The notes beneath the pieces are model-generated. The model saw only the letters and a list, made by a program, of their open reading frames with translations, did no database searches and had not been told where the DNA came from. A stretch of 64,000 nucleotides of DNA, taken from positions 92,636 through 156,635 of the IMG/VR virus record IMGVR_UViG_3300012953_000014; one strand, 5' to 3'. This document shows positions 11,801 to 22,103 of this stretch, piece by piece. Each line of letters starts with the position of its first letter. Within the stretch, counting starts at the first letter, position 1. The DNA is from a virus. The translations under genes and the position numbers were made by a program.

Positions 11801-14800
11801 CTTTAAAAAACTCTTTATTAAATCCACGAGAACCATCAGATTGTGTAACATAATCTGCACTGGAGGTAATATTAGCTCCCTCTAGTGATAAAAATTTATC
11901 ATTCTTTTTAAGGAAGTTCCCTTCAGAATAATATTTTATATGATCTGACATTTTAAATTCTGGAACAATAGAATATGCTTTTGCCACACCCCTCATATCT
12001 GAAATATATTCTTCATAACTGTCAAACCATGGTTGTTTACCAGAATACTCTGATGCTTTCCAAGATAAACGCCCAAAAGAAGAGGTGTTATTATTTAACA
12101 TTTTAGAGCTTTTATGATAATAGTATGCCGAAGCTGTCGGATAATGTGAAGTTTGATATGCTATGGTGCCTGGTATTGCAGAACCAGAGGAGTTACCAAC
12201 AAGACCTGCAAGCGTTTGATAGTTGGCAGAATTAAGTTCTCCAAAATCCGTGTAAGTATTAATAACTTCATCAAGGAACGAACCATCACAAGCTTCATTT
12301 ATAGATGCGGACAGAGATAAGGGCTTTTTCAAAGCTTCTTCAATCATTGAACATTCTATAAATGCTGCTGGTGTTTGACCAAGCCCATACAAGTTGGATG
12401 AAAAGCCATCATAAAAACCCTGTGAGTTTGGAAGAGTAGTTTGGAAGTTGTTTGGTGTTGCACCAGTCAACTGACAAACCTCTGCTGCATCCTGATTAGA
12501 GGAGGAACGAGCCACTTGGGTTGCTACTTCAAACTCTAATCTTCTGTTTCTGTTTTTAGCATTAGACCGCCAGAAAGTACGTCTTGTCAAAATATCTCTA
12601 TCGACACCGTTGTCTCCGTCAGAAACAGATGCTGAGTTGTTTTCTGTTACTGTTGCAGTTTCTGCATAATACAATCTTGCTCTATTTTTGGCCAAGCCGG
12701 TAAAAATTTCTCTAGGATAAACAACTTCACGATAAGAAAAACTTTCAAGGTCAGCAGACTTTTGGAGACTACTTCTGTCATAAATATTTTTAAGTCTGTA
12801 ATACGGCAAGTCCATTTGATTTTGAGACTCGTCAATAGCCAAAACCTCTTTAAACTTACTATTTGCAAAAGTTCCAATAACATTTCCAAAACTGTGCCTG
12901 AACGTTGTTGAGGCACCTAAAGAGCCGCTGGGTTGTACTGCGGTTTCAAGAGCGCGATATCTAAAACTAACAGGTGGTTCCACCAAACTTGCTGTTAAGA
13001 CATGTTTTTTTAAGTCAAAATTTGTCCTTGATTTAAACGGTTGTAAGAACTTAACGGTAGTTCCGATTGTCTTAGTTCCGTCTCTAGTTTTCTTAGCTGG
13101 TATAACACGGCTAAATAAACCACCGTTGGCATATGCTGAAAGGATGTTGTTTACCTTTTGGTGTCTAGCTATCGGGTGTTGTCCAGCTCTGATTTGTTTC
13201 CATGAAGCTTGGCCCCAAGGACCATGGCGGTGAGTAATAATACCATTAAAAATAGCTGCACACGAACTGCCACCGGCTTCATCGTCGGCACATGGGGCGG
13301 CTCCCAAGAAGTCTGTGTTCAAATAACTCTGGTTATTATTAGCAGCTGGAAAGCCCAGTGTTCTTGTTGATGCGGTTAGTGGTTCATAAATATTTGAATT
13401 TATTCCCACGAAATCATTTGGAAGGAAGTTGTTATAAGCACTATTAACTTCCACAGAACCAGAATAATAACCATATTGGCGATAGCCATTTGATACATGG
13501 AATGCGGATCCGATTACGCTTTGAGAAATGAATGCAGGCATCGATGCACTAACTGAAGTTGAACCGGTTGGAACAGAAAAGTTTGTTACATACCCATATG
13601 TATCGAGATGCGAAGATGATATTGAAGCTGTTATCCAGGCATACTGATTCGCACTTCTTGGTATTGGGTGTTGAATATACCAGTTATCATAGTTAATCGT
13701 TCCACTCTTTGTACCTTCATAATCGTTATCATACTTTCTGCTTAGTGCGCCGATACGACGGGGGTTGCGATTCGTTTTGTGGTACGCTGCAATTGTATTA
13801 TAGTTGTTTGCATTGGTTGTGTGTTGCGCCTCAGTAGTTCCATCACCGATTGTTCCAGTTGGGTCAATACCAAACTGACCGACATGCTCTATTTGCCATT
13901 CATGCAAAGCATTTCTCACAATCAAGTTTCTGTTATTCAAGCCATTATATACTGAAAATTCTTCTGCATATAAATCTAATGCGCCACGAGACATAGTGTC
14001 TATGCCACCGGGTGAGCTGAACCTTTGAACAACTATTGATTTGCCAGAACCAGTTAGGTCAAACCTTGGTAAAGAAAAATCTTTAGAACCAGAAATGTTA
14101 GTTGAAGAGGCTGTCGCGGGGGAAAAGCCTTCGTTCTTAGTGAAGAATCTGTTGTTCTGTGTTCTTCCAAAAGTCAACATGATTTCATAATCATTTTGAT
14201 AGTTTCCGGCGTTGGCAGAAGAGGTTCCCCATTTAATATTCCTAATGTTTACTGGACGTTTTGCATGTTCTTCTCTAAAATACTGTGCTCTTGGTTGAAC
14301 GGCGGAACGAGCAGAAAAGTTTAAGAAAGGATCTCCTCCAAATGTAGCGTTCCATGCCTCTGCTCTTGTGAGCGTCGTATCCGTGGATGCGGTATTTATA
14401 TTTGTATGTCTTACTTGGCGGCCACCGACATGCCTTTCGGTAAATGGACCCTGCATCGGGATTTCGCCTTTTTCATACGAATCATCATGATAGTTTGTGA
14501 TTCTCGCATATTCAACGTGTTTAACAAAGGGTGCGGGCGTTGTTCCACTAATAAAACCTTGTTCAACGTTGTTCTTAAACTCTGTTGCTGATGCGCTATA
14601 GAGACTGAATCTTGCCAACAAAGCACCCTTAGCTTCCACATAAGAGTCTGGGCCGTTTGTTTTGACTTGGTTATTTTTCAAAGTAAAGTCAACTCTTGAC
14701 TTTTTGTTTGGATCGGCCACGTCATGACAAATCGGGTGAAACTTAAGAGAGCCCGAACCGCCTGTTGAAAGTTTATTGTCAGTGTCAAAAACGGAGTTGA

Positions 14801-17800
14801 GGGCTGTTTGAAAATAGTCTACAACCTTTTCTCCGTCATAATTTGAACCACCCCGAATCGTTTTATTATATTTTGTCTCAATAACAACTGGTGCGTTAAA
14901 AAATCTTCGATTAAATGCACTTAGAGTAGCAGAATGTATAAGTTGTCTATCTGTATCTACCGCTGCATCTCCCGATGAAATATAATCTTTTCTTTCTGCT
15001 TTGTGCTTCCACCAAAAACAATGTTTATTTTGAGATGGCGGTGACTCGGGTAGTGTGGGCGAACCTTCTTGGTACGGAAATTTTTGACGCCCAGCGCCCA
15101 AGAGTTGTGATTTAATGGTGTTACCTTTAAACTCAATCGTTGGATACTTTGTCCAATATTTATTCCTCTCCAAGACATGGCTCTCAACCATGGTCAAAAG
15201 ATTTGTGGAAAAATCAGCAGATGCAGGGAACAACTGAACCAACATTTTTGAAATAGAGTTGTCGGCCCATTTATAATAGTCCACAAACTTGTCAAAATCA
15301 ATTGTATCATTCTGGATTCTTGAAAAGTAAATCTCTCTTAGCTTTTCGAGTTGTTTATACTCCATCCTATATCGGTTTACTGGTTCACCAATCAGGTTAT
15401 TAAAATCTTTAATGGTAGAGAATACTTTAAGAATCTCATCTGATAAGATTGCATAAAGACTTTTTTCTGCTGCGAAAAAGAATGATATTGGTCGCGACTC
15501 TCTAGTGAATAAACTATCATCGTTTGAGCTAACAAGTTTAACCATATCATTGCTGTTCAAAACATCTGGCTTTAGCTTTTTCGCAGTATTTACATACTCT
15601 CTACTGACAGAGCCCGTGTCTGATACCGGGAAGTTATATCCGCGACCTGGGTGTCTAATATCTGCAATCGGAGCTAACCAGCCATAGTTTAGTTGGCCGC
15701 TTGCGGAAGATAGTGTTGATGAGCCAGAGGTTGCATCTTCTACGAAAAACTGGCCGTCAGCATTTGAACCTGTTGTGGTATCAAATGTCCAATGAAGTGC
15801 AAGAGTTTCCATTTGGGGAATCTGTTTAACGTTTCTTGCAAAACCATTGGAGTCTGGTGCAGAACCAGATTGAGAAGTGTAAGCATTCCTAAGTGGATTA
15901 TCAACACCAAAACTTGAAGGATCGGTTGCGTGTGATTTTATTGTAGTATCAGACAAGTGATCAGCCCACACACGTAATGAGGAGATCTTAGCATCTGAGT
16001 GTTCTCTCAATGTTCCCGTAAAGTTTGTGCGGTGGGCACCGACAAAAAATCTTTTTGAGCCTGTCATGAAGAATTTTGCAGAACCACTATCTAAAGTTCC
16101 GGTAACAGAAAAAGAGTTTTGAATAGTATCTTGAATGGCGTTGTAGCCAGTAAAGATAATGTCATAGTTAGAACCACTAACACTTCCTGTAACAACGTCA
16201 CTTCCACTAAGGGCATTAGCATAAGGGTAAGTGGTTGGTTTTATTCTAACATTTAAATTCCATCTAGTGTTGTCATAAACATGATTAAACAAACTACTGG
16301 TCAAAGTAGGTAATGGATACGGGGCAGTTCCTGTGAGTTGGAAAAACACGGAAGTTGAACCGGACTCAGGGCGGATTGCCTGGACTTGAAAGTTTGATAA
16401 ATCGGGGCCAAGTGCCGAATCTTCCCAGCCAAAATCATTTGGAGAGGCCACATCAACAGTGTGAGCGCCGAAAAGAGAACTTGTCAAGAAGTTTGTTTGA
16501 TAATATTCTGTTGAACTTCTTTCAACTTTCTTGGGAAAAATAACTTCAGCTTGATATGTGTTACCACGATAACGCATTTCTGATGATGAAGATACATAAG
16601 ATCTGGTATTTGTTGCATCTCCGCTAGCTGTCTGTTGAACCACTGTTGATTCAACTTTATTTTCTGTACTAAAATTAGCGTATCTTTTTCTTATTATGGA
16701 AGACTCAAAGTTGTTCCTTATCAGGTGTGTTGTATTGTTTCCATAAAGATTTAACTTTATAAGATTTTCATCAACACCATAACATCGAATCAAGTTTCTA
16801 AAAGACTGCTCTGTGCCTTTTGATTTCAGGATCAAAGGAAGGTTGTTATAGATATTTTGATATACTCGGTTTTTTATCTCGTCAAGTTTAGTGGAGAAGT
16901 TTATTAAATCATCTCTCTTTCCAAACGCCTCAAGTGCGGTAGCATCAGAAAACAGTTCAGACATATCTATTCCCATAGATTCAACCAGTCTATTTGTAAA
17001 TGGGAATGGCTTAAAACTTCCACTAATATAGTCTGCATCTTTTAATCTTGGTAAAAAGTCTATTTGAAGCTGTAAAGTATCAAAATAACTGCCGATTATT
17101 TGTGTAAGTTTTAATAAAGTATCTCTATCGTTTTCAAGATCACCTTCTTGAATCCATCCTGGTAGGGTGTGAAAAATCGATGAGTTGTTTGTTCTATCAT
17201 AAAATTCACCTTCTGCTTCCTTAACTTCCAAAGAGCTTGAAACCAGTGGGTGAGTAGAATATAAAATTGGGTCTTTAAACTCTGTTAAAGATGCACTACT
17301 TTCAGTAATCGCAGAAGAAGTTGAACGAACACCAACTTGGTATCCTGTCCATTCACCATTGGAAACTCTACCAGAATAATCCAATATGATTGCATCGGTT
17401 GTGTCTGTGCTAGAAGTGTTAAACACACCTTCATTAAATTTATAGTAAACACCTAAATCAACTGGGTTCCCTGGGCTGTATTTGTTTGAACCTGTTCCGA
17501 CTGTGTTGTAGTCTGTATTGGTTCCGCCGCCGACTTGGGTAAACCAATATTTACCTATTTCATTTCCATCACGTTCTGTTTTCCAGAACCTAAGCTCATC
17601 AAGAGAAGCAGATAATGAGCCAGAGAACTGTGCGCCCGCTGTACCAGAAGCATGGGCAACTAGGGAACCGATCTGGCCAATCATTGATCCGGTTATCAGA
17701 TTAATAGTTGAGCCCGTCAGAACTGTATTTTCTAAAGCTCCATTTCGATATAGTTTGCACTCCATTGCACTGCCAGAGTTGGCAAGGGTGATAGCATAGT

Positions 17801-18647
17801 GGTTCCAACCACCAATAAGTGAGGTGCTTGAGCTAATCGCAACGTCCGTGTGATTTAAAAAAGAACCCGATAATCTTGCGGCAGAAAGACCATCAGTACC
17901 AGAAAGCATTGTAACATTGAAGTATTGACCAACACTTGTCTCTGAACCTGTGATTTCTACCCTAAAACGACCATAATCATTGTTACCAAAAGATGCACTA
18001 TTCCAGACATCAAAAATAACTTGCTTTCTTGATTCTTCAAATTGGTCATAATTAAAGGCAGATCTGGATAGCCAAAACTCTAAGGTAACACCTTTTGTTC
18101 CGTCAATCTCTAAGTTTGATTCCTGTCTCGTATCTGCATCATAGACATTGGATGCAGTAAAGTTAAGCGCCATGGTGCCTGAACCATTGTAGTTTTCTGC
18201 ACGGTGGGGGCCGCCTTTAAAAAAAATGCCCTCTATGTTCGTTGATGCGTCATAGTTGTTTGCTGAACCTGTAGCTGAAGTAATGGTTCCAACATTTTTA
18301 CCTAACTTGATATAACCCGTTGTTCTTGGGTAAATATTTTCAAAGATATATTTATCTAAATAAGTTCCACTTAACTCCCACTGAACTCTTTCTTTAAGTG
18401 ATCCATCGTAAGGATACTCATTGTAAACATAAGAATATGCATTTTTGTAATATTCTTTTGCAGAACCATATACACAAAAATTAGAGGCTGTTAGAAAATC
18501 TATATGGGGAATAAATTTTGATTGATTCTCTGATTCTGCCTTAATATATTCAGCAGACTCAACTTTTCGTCCAGCAGAGTTTAAGCTCGCGGAGGCGACG
18601 ATTTTTGAGGAAAAAGAGTTTTTAAACAGATCTTTTGTATTGGCCAT
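8838..18647 (-). CDS. Giant (3269 aa) baseplate-associated virion protein with LamG/ConA-like domains and a gp7/P2-gpI-like motif
   Basis: LamG signatures: TLEFW, WNHYAIT, LYRNG, LDELRFWKTER, YYKFNEG, and a second copy ISSLRVW...LHWTFD. NLPLILKSKGTEQSFRNLIRCYG resembles the KGT motif of wedge proteins. It lies downstream of the gp25/gp6 genes. Confidence 0.7.
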   Translation of the reverse strand: MANTKDLFKNSFSSKIVASASLNSAGRKVESAEYIKAESENQSKFIPHIDFLTASNFCVYGSAKEYYKNAYSYVYNEYPYDGSLKERVQWELSGTYLDKYIFENIYPRTTGYIKLGKNVGTITSATGSANNYDASTNIEGIFFKGGPHRAENYNGSGTMALNFTASNVYDADTRQESNLEIDGTKGVTLEFWLSRSAFNYDQFEESRKQVIFDVWNSASFGNNDYGRFRVEITGSETSVGQYFNVTMLSGTDGLSAARLSGSFLNHTDVAISSSTSLIGGWNHYAITLANSGSAMECKLYRNGALENTVLTGSTINLITGSMIGQIGSLVAHASGTAGAQFSGSLSASLDELRFWKTERDGNEIGKYWFTQVGGGTNTDYNTVGTGSNKYSPGNPVDLGVYYKFNEGVFNTSSTDTTDAIILDYSGRVSNGEWTGYQVGVRSTSSAITESSASLTEFKDPILYSTHPLVSSSLEVKEAEGEFYDRTNNSSIFHTLPGWIQEGDLENDRDTLLKLTQIIGSYFDTLQLQIDFLPRLKDADYISGSFKPFPFTNRLVESMGIDMSELFSDATALEAFGKRDDLINFSTKLDEIKNRVYQNIYNNLPLILKSKGTEQSFRNLIRCYGVDENLIKLNLYGNNTTHLIRNNFESSIIRKRYANFSTENKVESTVVQQTASGDATNTRSYVSSSSEMRYRGNTYQAEVIFPKKVERSSTEYYQTNFLTSSLFGAHTVDVASPNDFGWEDSALGPDLSNFQVQAIRPESGSTSVFFQLTGTAPYPLPTLTSSLFNHVYDNTRWNLNVRIKPTTYPYANALSGSDVVTGSVSGSNYDIIFTGYNAIQDTIQNSFSVTGTLDSGSAKFFMTGSKRFFVGAHRTNFTGTLREHSDAKISSLRVWADHLSDTTIKSHATDPSSFGVDNPLRNAYTSQSGSAPDSNGFARNVKQIPQMETLALHWTFDTTTGSNADGQFFVEDATSGSSTLSSASGQLNYGWLAPIADIRHPGRGYNFPVSDTGSVSREYVNTAKKLKPDVLNSNDMVKLVSSNDDSLFTRESRPISFFFAAEKSLYAILSDEILKVFSTIKDFNNLIGEPVNRYRMEYKQLEKLREIYFSRIQNDTIDFDKFVDYYKWADNSISKMLVQLFPASADFSTNLLTMVESHVLERNKYWTKYPTIEFKGNTIKSQLLGAGRQKFPYQEGSPTLPESPPSQNKHCFWWKHKAERKDYISSGDAAVDTDRQLIHSATLSAFNRRFFNAPVVIETKYNKTIRGGSNYDGEKVVDYFQTALNSVFDTDNKLSTGGSGSLKFHPICHDVADPNKKSRVDFTLKNNQVKTNGPDSYVEAKGALLARFSLYSASATEFKNNVEQGFISGTTPAPFVKHVEYARITNYHDDSYEKGEIPMQGPFTERHVGGRQVRHTNINTASTDTTLTRAEAWNATFGGDPFLNFSARSAVQPRAQYFREEHAKRPVNIRNIKWGTSSANAGNYQNDYEIMLTFGRTQNNRFFTKNEGFSPATASSTNISGSKDFSLPRFDLTGSGKSIVVQRFSSPGGIDTMSRGALDLYAEEFSVYNGLNNRNLIVRNALHEWQIEHVGQFGIDPTGTIGDGTTEAQHTTNANNYNTIAAYHKTNRNPRRIGALSRKYDNDYEGTKSGTINYDNWYIQHPIPRSANQYAWITASISSSHLDTYGYVTNFSVPTGSTSVSASMPAFISQSVIGSAFHVSNGYRQYGYYSGSVEVNSAYNNFLPNDFVGINSNIYEPLTASTRTLGFPAANNNQSYLNTDFLGAAPCADDEAGGSSCAAIFNGIITHRHGPWGQASWKQIRAGQHPIARHQKVNNILSAYANGGLFSRVIPAKKTRDGTKTIGTTVKFLQPFKSRTNFDLKKHVLTASLVEPPVSFRYRALETAVQPSGSLGASTTFRHSFGNVIGTFANSKFKEVLAIDESQNQMDLPYYRLKNIYDRSSLQKSADLESFSYREVVYPREIFTGLAKNRARLYYAETATVTENNSASVSDGDNGVDRDILTRRTFWRSNAKNRNRRLEFEVATQVARSSSNQDAAEVCQLTGATPNNFQTTLPNSQGFYDGFSSNLYGLGQTPAAFIECSMIEEALKKPLSLSASINEACDGSFLDEVINTYTDFGELNSANYQTLAGLVGNSSGSAIPGTIAYQTSHYPTASAYYYHKSSKMLNNNTSSFGRLSWKASEYSGKQPWFDSYEEYISDMRGVAKAYSIVPEFKMSDHIKYYSEGNFLKKNDKFLSLEGANITSSADYVTQSDGSRGFNKEFFKEYSNSDFQKYFGTFSEDLALNKVTIKCNAVKKLLPYNGFYPAQRSLQLASQFSQSIGPFINGIGWTKGEGVKASFEHSGALAVQSMLQPFYAPGIMYNTIKAGIAVDWAAYSSSVNIYSGSSTAGAINNYVIDQLADFRIPFESILDPLGDVGFPAPTDEELQPKAPQADPKPGSGSLSLLNPSYYFDGWDNNQWGGSNIKRHPYVEIAATNRKNAQNSEEYRLYKMASNNFFAEIPNFFLRNNSLKSISSKRQEEVSLVSGTTYYMDVYLQKDDNVVMIDDFLNNSGSTDVYRKQHYSFATRSNADPITYNGQYFGPPAKFGDGRDEYYNAGCTSFLDTQNTYFHFSFPENNGDPAYAPWTPPYFYGKSGLTIAYVADADDEKGGFSYQKVFEKSFIDYKNDQLTGMFDKTHKRSNFVDWDVLNSNATFECSGSKGPGGRDRYFNLIKTANAGAWNVGARDKLSSSVGGGQFFEWNIPSVGTAAARTDVIAGLNQGPGASSDYTDMEFAIQHSANGQLFVWEFEGDNPYVSPKGLLQDGGFLRIKLERNGDVLYQYTNTANTGTLTASATEYSYGVNYETFYTSQGKWNTTSSIKPGQELFPDVSLYYSGSQIAYAQVSSPRLSPAEACQMRLTASVNPFGIFQEKQTRLDEKGNLLEVVDAPDSSRNRWVISSRMETPVLNFADQPYEEGSGRGMWSGYGKLVTGSDGISFGIEETFKGTFPKGKDSLLRKCFESPKARKVGEIADEKTISEAIVAIPFTEHQYGPKSGFAETTSILDKNLFKINHETFNYYLKWLESNRLEPQTEPPEIPSDSITNMMESLDKYVMPPELDFITFSKKGMKVNPFVAYVFEFNHTLDSQDLADIWQGLMPKISQNGKMSDSNIDNNIFEHGLGENEFYHGKRLPNNIRWMVFKVKRKANVDYYKLTADTSDDSKFDFRFNVGNVDLPYSYNWPYDYFSLVELAEVETETEFVEKTIKGIKTQSQ

Positions 18648-18663
18648 AACTTACTATTCTACT

Positions 18664-20274
18664 TTATACGTTAGGTATCATTTTTTCTACTCTAAATTTA
18701 AAATCTTCAGTCTGTTCTCGATAACTCCCGTTTAAGTAATAGCAAAACTTTATGCCATAAGCATATCCCGGTTCTAATAAGCCCATATCTAAATCAAAAT
18801 AACTCCCAGAAACATCGTATGAAAGTTTTGTATGATCTGCACTTCCGGTTCCGTAACTAATAACATCATGATTATCAACAACTCTGTAAATTCTAAAATA
18901 GGCATCCTCGACAATTGATGTCTCAATATCAGTTGATGCTATTGTATAAATAGTAGGATTCCAGTTTCTTAAGCGCGTAAACAATCTAAAGCGAGCGAGT
19001 TCTTGGTAATGATATTGCTCTCTTAGGTTTGAAATAGTTGTCACATAATCAGGCATTGAGAAGTGGGCTGAGGTGCTGAAATCTTCTGGATTGATGGAGC
19101 CAGTGTGATAATATATCAAATTTGTATCGTTAGCTTCTCCATCAGATGCGGTCCACCAACGATCATAAACGATATCACTGCCTGTTGCTATAGCCATAGA
19201 AGCAGAATATATTCCTGTTGAAACTTTTCCTCCGGTTATTGGCTGATATATGCTGTCAACGTATGGCCAAGTTTGTACTCTTGAGCTTCCATCCCCATCA
19301 GAGGCGGAAGTGTGAACAGTGACATATATTGAACCAGAAACGTCACCGGATGGATGGGCCAAATCTTTGAGTTGACCTCTCACATAGTTGTAAAGGTATA
19401 TTGTATTTAAGTTATCTGCTGCGCTCAGGTTTGAGCTAGAAACAACAAATGTTCCTCTATGATCTTTTCGAGATGAGTTCCACCTTGCTTCAATGCAGGG
19501 TCGCTTAAAGAAGTATTCGCTCGTTCGTGAAGAAAATCTTTTTGTATAATAAGATCTTACAGAACTACTTTCTTGGCTTGCTGTTAAATATACTACGACT
19601 CCATAGTTAGTGTATCCTGGATTTCCCGCTGGGTTGTTCTGGCCTGTGCCCAAAACCCATTGTTCCACCAGACCCGTTATATCAACACTGAGATCTTCTA
19701 CTCCGGTTTCGAATGAGGAGGAATAGTTAAACTCATTGTATCTTGTGACTGGTGAACCATTCCAAGAGGCACTCAAAATACTGCCACCAGGAGAGGAGAC
19801 ATCCGTGCCGTCTTCGTCTTTGACAACCCAGTTTGTACTAGCTCCTGCGTTTACCCAGTTAGATCCAGTGCCATCATAAGTTAAGTCTTTGTAGTTGTCT
19901 AAATCAACTCCCGAACCTTCTTCCCAGGATTGAGAAAGTGGGGCTACAACTAATGTAAAATTCCTAGGGAGAGTTTGATCGTGTCTTACATTATAAAGGT
20001 TTAAAAAGAAATTTACACTTCCGCTTTTAGGGATGTCTCCGTTTGTTCGATCCTGCTTAATGCTAGAACCTGTTGTATCGCTGGTCAATATGGGGAACTT
20101 GAAAATGGTTCTTGATTTCTCAACGGAAGCACTGTTTTGTTGTCCAAATATTGAAAAAATCTCAACACTATCCGCCGCTCCAGCATTGCTACCTGTTGCG
20201 CGAGTAGCCAAGTCGGGCTCGTATGCATTTGTTATTGTGTTGTCATCAACTGCAATATATCTTTTAATAGTCAT
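18664..20274 (-). CDS. Virion protein with DNRLRE-like beta-sandwich domain
   Basis: Pattern DNTI...SN.G...SRTIFKF...LSQSWEEG...W...DITGLVEQW...NYGVVV...FSSR...RP.IE; TAATG-coupled to the gp6-like gene. Confidence 0.6.
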   Translation of the reverse strand: MTIKRYIAVDDNTITNAYEPDLATRATGSNAGAADSVEIFSIFGQQNSASVEKSRTIFKFPILTSDTTGSSIKQDRTNGDIPKSGSVNFFLNLYNVRHDQTLPRNFTLVVAPLSQSWEEGSGVDLDNYKDLTYDGTGSNWVNAGASTNWVVKDEDGTDVSSPGGSILSASWNGSPVTRYNEFNYSSSFETGVEDLSVDITGLVEQWVLGTGQNNPAGNPGYTNYGVVVYLTASQESSSVRSYYTKRFSSRTSEYFFKRPCIEARWNSSRKDHRGTFVVSSSNLSAADNLNTIYLYNYVRGQLKDLAHPSGDVSGSIYVTVHTSASDGDGSSRVQTWPYVDSIYQPITGGKVSTGIYSASMAIATGSDIVYDRWWTASDGEANDTNLIYYHTGSINPEDFSTSAHFSMPDYVTTISNLREQYHYQELARFRLFTRLRNWNPTIYTIASTDIETSIVEDAYFRIYRVVDNHDVISYGTGSADHTKLSYDVSGSYFDLDMGLLEPGYAYGIKFCYYLNGSYREQTEDFKFRVEKMIPNV

Positions 20275-22073
20275 TATTTAACATCCCCTCTAATATCCGA
20301 TGCTGGAAACTTAAGTTCCATGATAACATTGTCAGGAACGGTGATGAAGCGCCCATCCGGTGAGGTCGCTTTGTCAACATTGAATCTGGTTTCTGCATAG
20401 TTTAGTCCAGTTTTTGATGTTATCTTAACACTTACCGTATCTACAACACCATCAACTTGGTTTAGTTCGTTGTAGATATCTGTTATGAAAAACGGTTCTC
20501 CGATTTCAAGTTTGTTTTCATAGAATGATGTCAAAGCTTCAATCGCTCTGTTTAAGATAACAAACTTATTTGTCTCCAAGTCGCCAACTATGACAAAATC
20601 TATACCGAAGTTAACAATCTTTGCATCAATAATATCCACTGTATCATTTATCATTCTGCCTTGGTTTAACCAAGTTTTAACATTTTGTTTTATTGTTGTG
20701 TTTGGAGCCTCTAAGTTGCCTTCTGAAGATTCGCCAATAACATATATGTTTAAGTTTCTTTTAAAAGAGTCTGGGTCTCTGATGATGTTTGCTCTTTTGA
20801 TGCCGCCGAACTCCGGGGGCATTGCATATATTAAACTTCTATAATCCTGTTCTGTCACCGCTCTTCTTTGTGAAGAAAAACTGTCATTTATTCTTATCCT
20901 TAGTTCGTCTATTGATGGTAAAGTGACATCGCCATTTATTGGCTTTTCGTTGTTAACCTCTAAAGAATTAACGATTTCAGATATCTTTGTCGTGCTCAGT
21001 TCCATAATGTTGTTGAAGTCAATGATTGGATTAGTTATGGTTGATAAAGAGTTTACAGGGGCATTAACATTGCCAAACACATTAGTTCTGTATACAACTG
21101 TTATATTTGTATTTGCGGGGGCGACACCCAAAGTTGGGGTTCCCAAAAGATTTGTTGGGTCAAACGACAAAGAAGAAATATATTCTCTTCCATGAAAGTT
21201 GGCGATTGTTTTACTTGGGTCTGTTATGGAATCAGTATTGGTGGCGTCCTCTTTTGCTCCACCAAATTGGATTATTGTTGAGTCTTCTAGTTGCTCAACA
21301 GTGTATCTTCTTGGAACTATTATGGGTTTTAGCACAGATGGTGTTTTTGCACGATTCGAGTCATAGTTTTTGACGGGGGCGTATATCACATCTTGTGACA
21401 AGTAATCCACCCTAAAATATTCATTACCCTCTGAATCTGTTATAGAAATGATTTCCGAGATGTTTTCTCCGGAAAGTTCAATCTTCCTAAACTCCTCAAA
21501 TGATCCTATAGCAAGAACTTCTTGTGAAAGTTCGCCGGAAATAACTTGTCCAGTTGCACGTACTGCATAATGTGTTGGCAGGCCCGTTGAAGAATTTACT
21601 TTTGCAACAACAACTTCGTTGCTTGGATCAGACAAGCTAACATCCTCATTTAATATGAAACCTATACCGCTAGAGGACTGAAGCTCTGTGCCTCGTCTGA
21701 CATAACCCAAATAAGCAGAATCTGGACCCAAACCTGTGGAAGCTGCTGGAATTATGGCGTAAAAAGACGCCATACCAAAAGAGGAAGGGCTACCTTTAAA
21801 TTGATACCCCAACTGTCGACCTAGACGCAATACATTATCATATTCAATCGCAGTATCAAGGAAGCTTTCGTTTGCACTGTAATCTAAGTAAAAGGATAAA
21901 ATGTCACCGACATATGAAACTGTGTCAAGCATAAGAGAACCAAAGCCAGCTTCATTGAAGTCTTGAAATGTATTTGGGTAATACCTTTTTGCATATTCAA
22001 TCAGATCATTTTTGATTGAATTAAAATCTCTTGATGTATAATTTATGGCTGGATATTGCTTCTTGACTGTCAC
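20274..22073 (-). CDS. Baseplate wedge subunit, T4 gp6-like (baseplate J superfamily)
   Basis: YTSRDFNSIKNDL, DFNEAGFGSLMLDTVSYVGDILSFYLD..ANESFLDTA and QRRAVTEQDY motifs; adjacent to the gp25-like gene; GAGG RBS. Confidence 0.9.
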   Translation of the reverse strand: MTVKKQYPAINYTSRDFNSIKNDLIEYAKRYYPNTFQDFNEAGFGSLMLDTVSYVGDILSFYLDYSANESFLDTAIEYDNVLRLGRQLGYQFKGSPSSFGMASFYAIIPAASTGLGPDSAYLGYVRRGTELQSSSGIGFILNEDVSLSDPSNEVVVAKVNSSTGLPTHYAVRATGQVISGELSQEVLAIGSFEEFRKIELSGENISEIISITDSEGNEYFRVDYLSQDVIYAPVKNYDSNRAKTPSVLKPIIVPRRYTVEQLEDSTIIQFGGAKEDATNTDSITDPSKTIANFHGREYISSLSFDPTNLLGTPTLGVAPANTNITVVYRTNVFGNVNAPVNSLSTITNPIIDFNNIMELSTTKISEIVNSLEVNNEKPINGDVTLPSIDELRIRINDSFSSQRRAVTEQDYRSLIYAMPPEFGGIKRANIIRDPDSFKRNLNIYVIGESSEGNLEAPNTTIKQNVKTWLNQGRMINDTVDIIDAKIVNFGIDFVIVGDLETNKFVILNRAIEALTSFYENKLEIGEPFFITDIYNELNQVDGVVDTVSVKITSKTGLNYAETRFNVDKATSPDGRFITVPDNVIMELKFPASDIRGDVK

Positions 22074-22103
22074 TTGTTTTCCTCTTAATACTTAATTAGT
22101 AAT

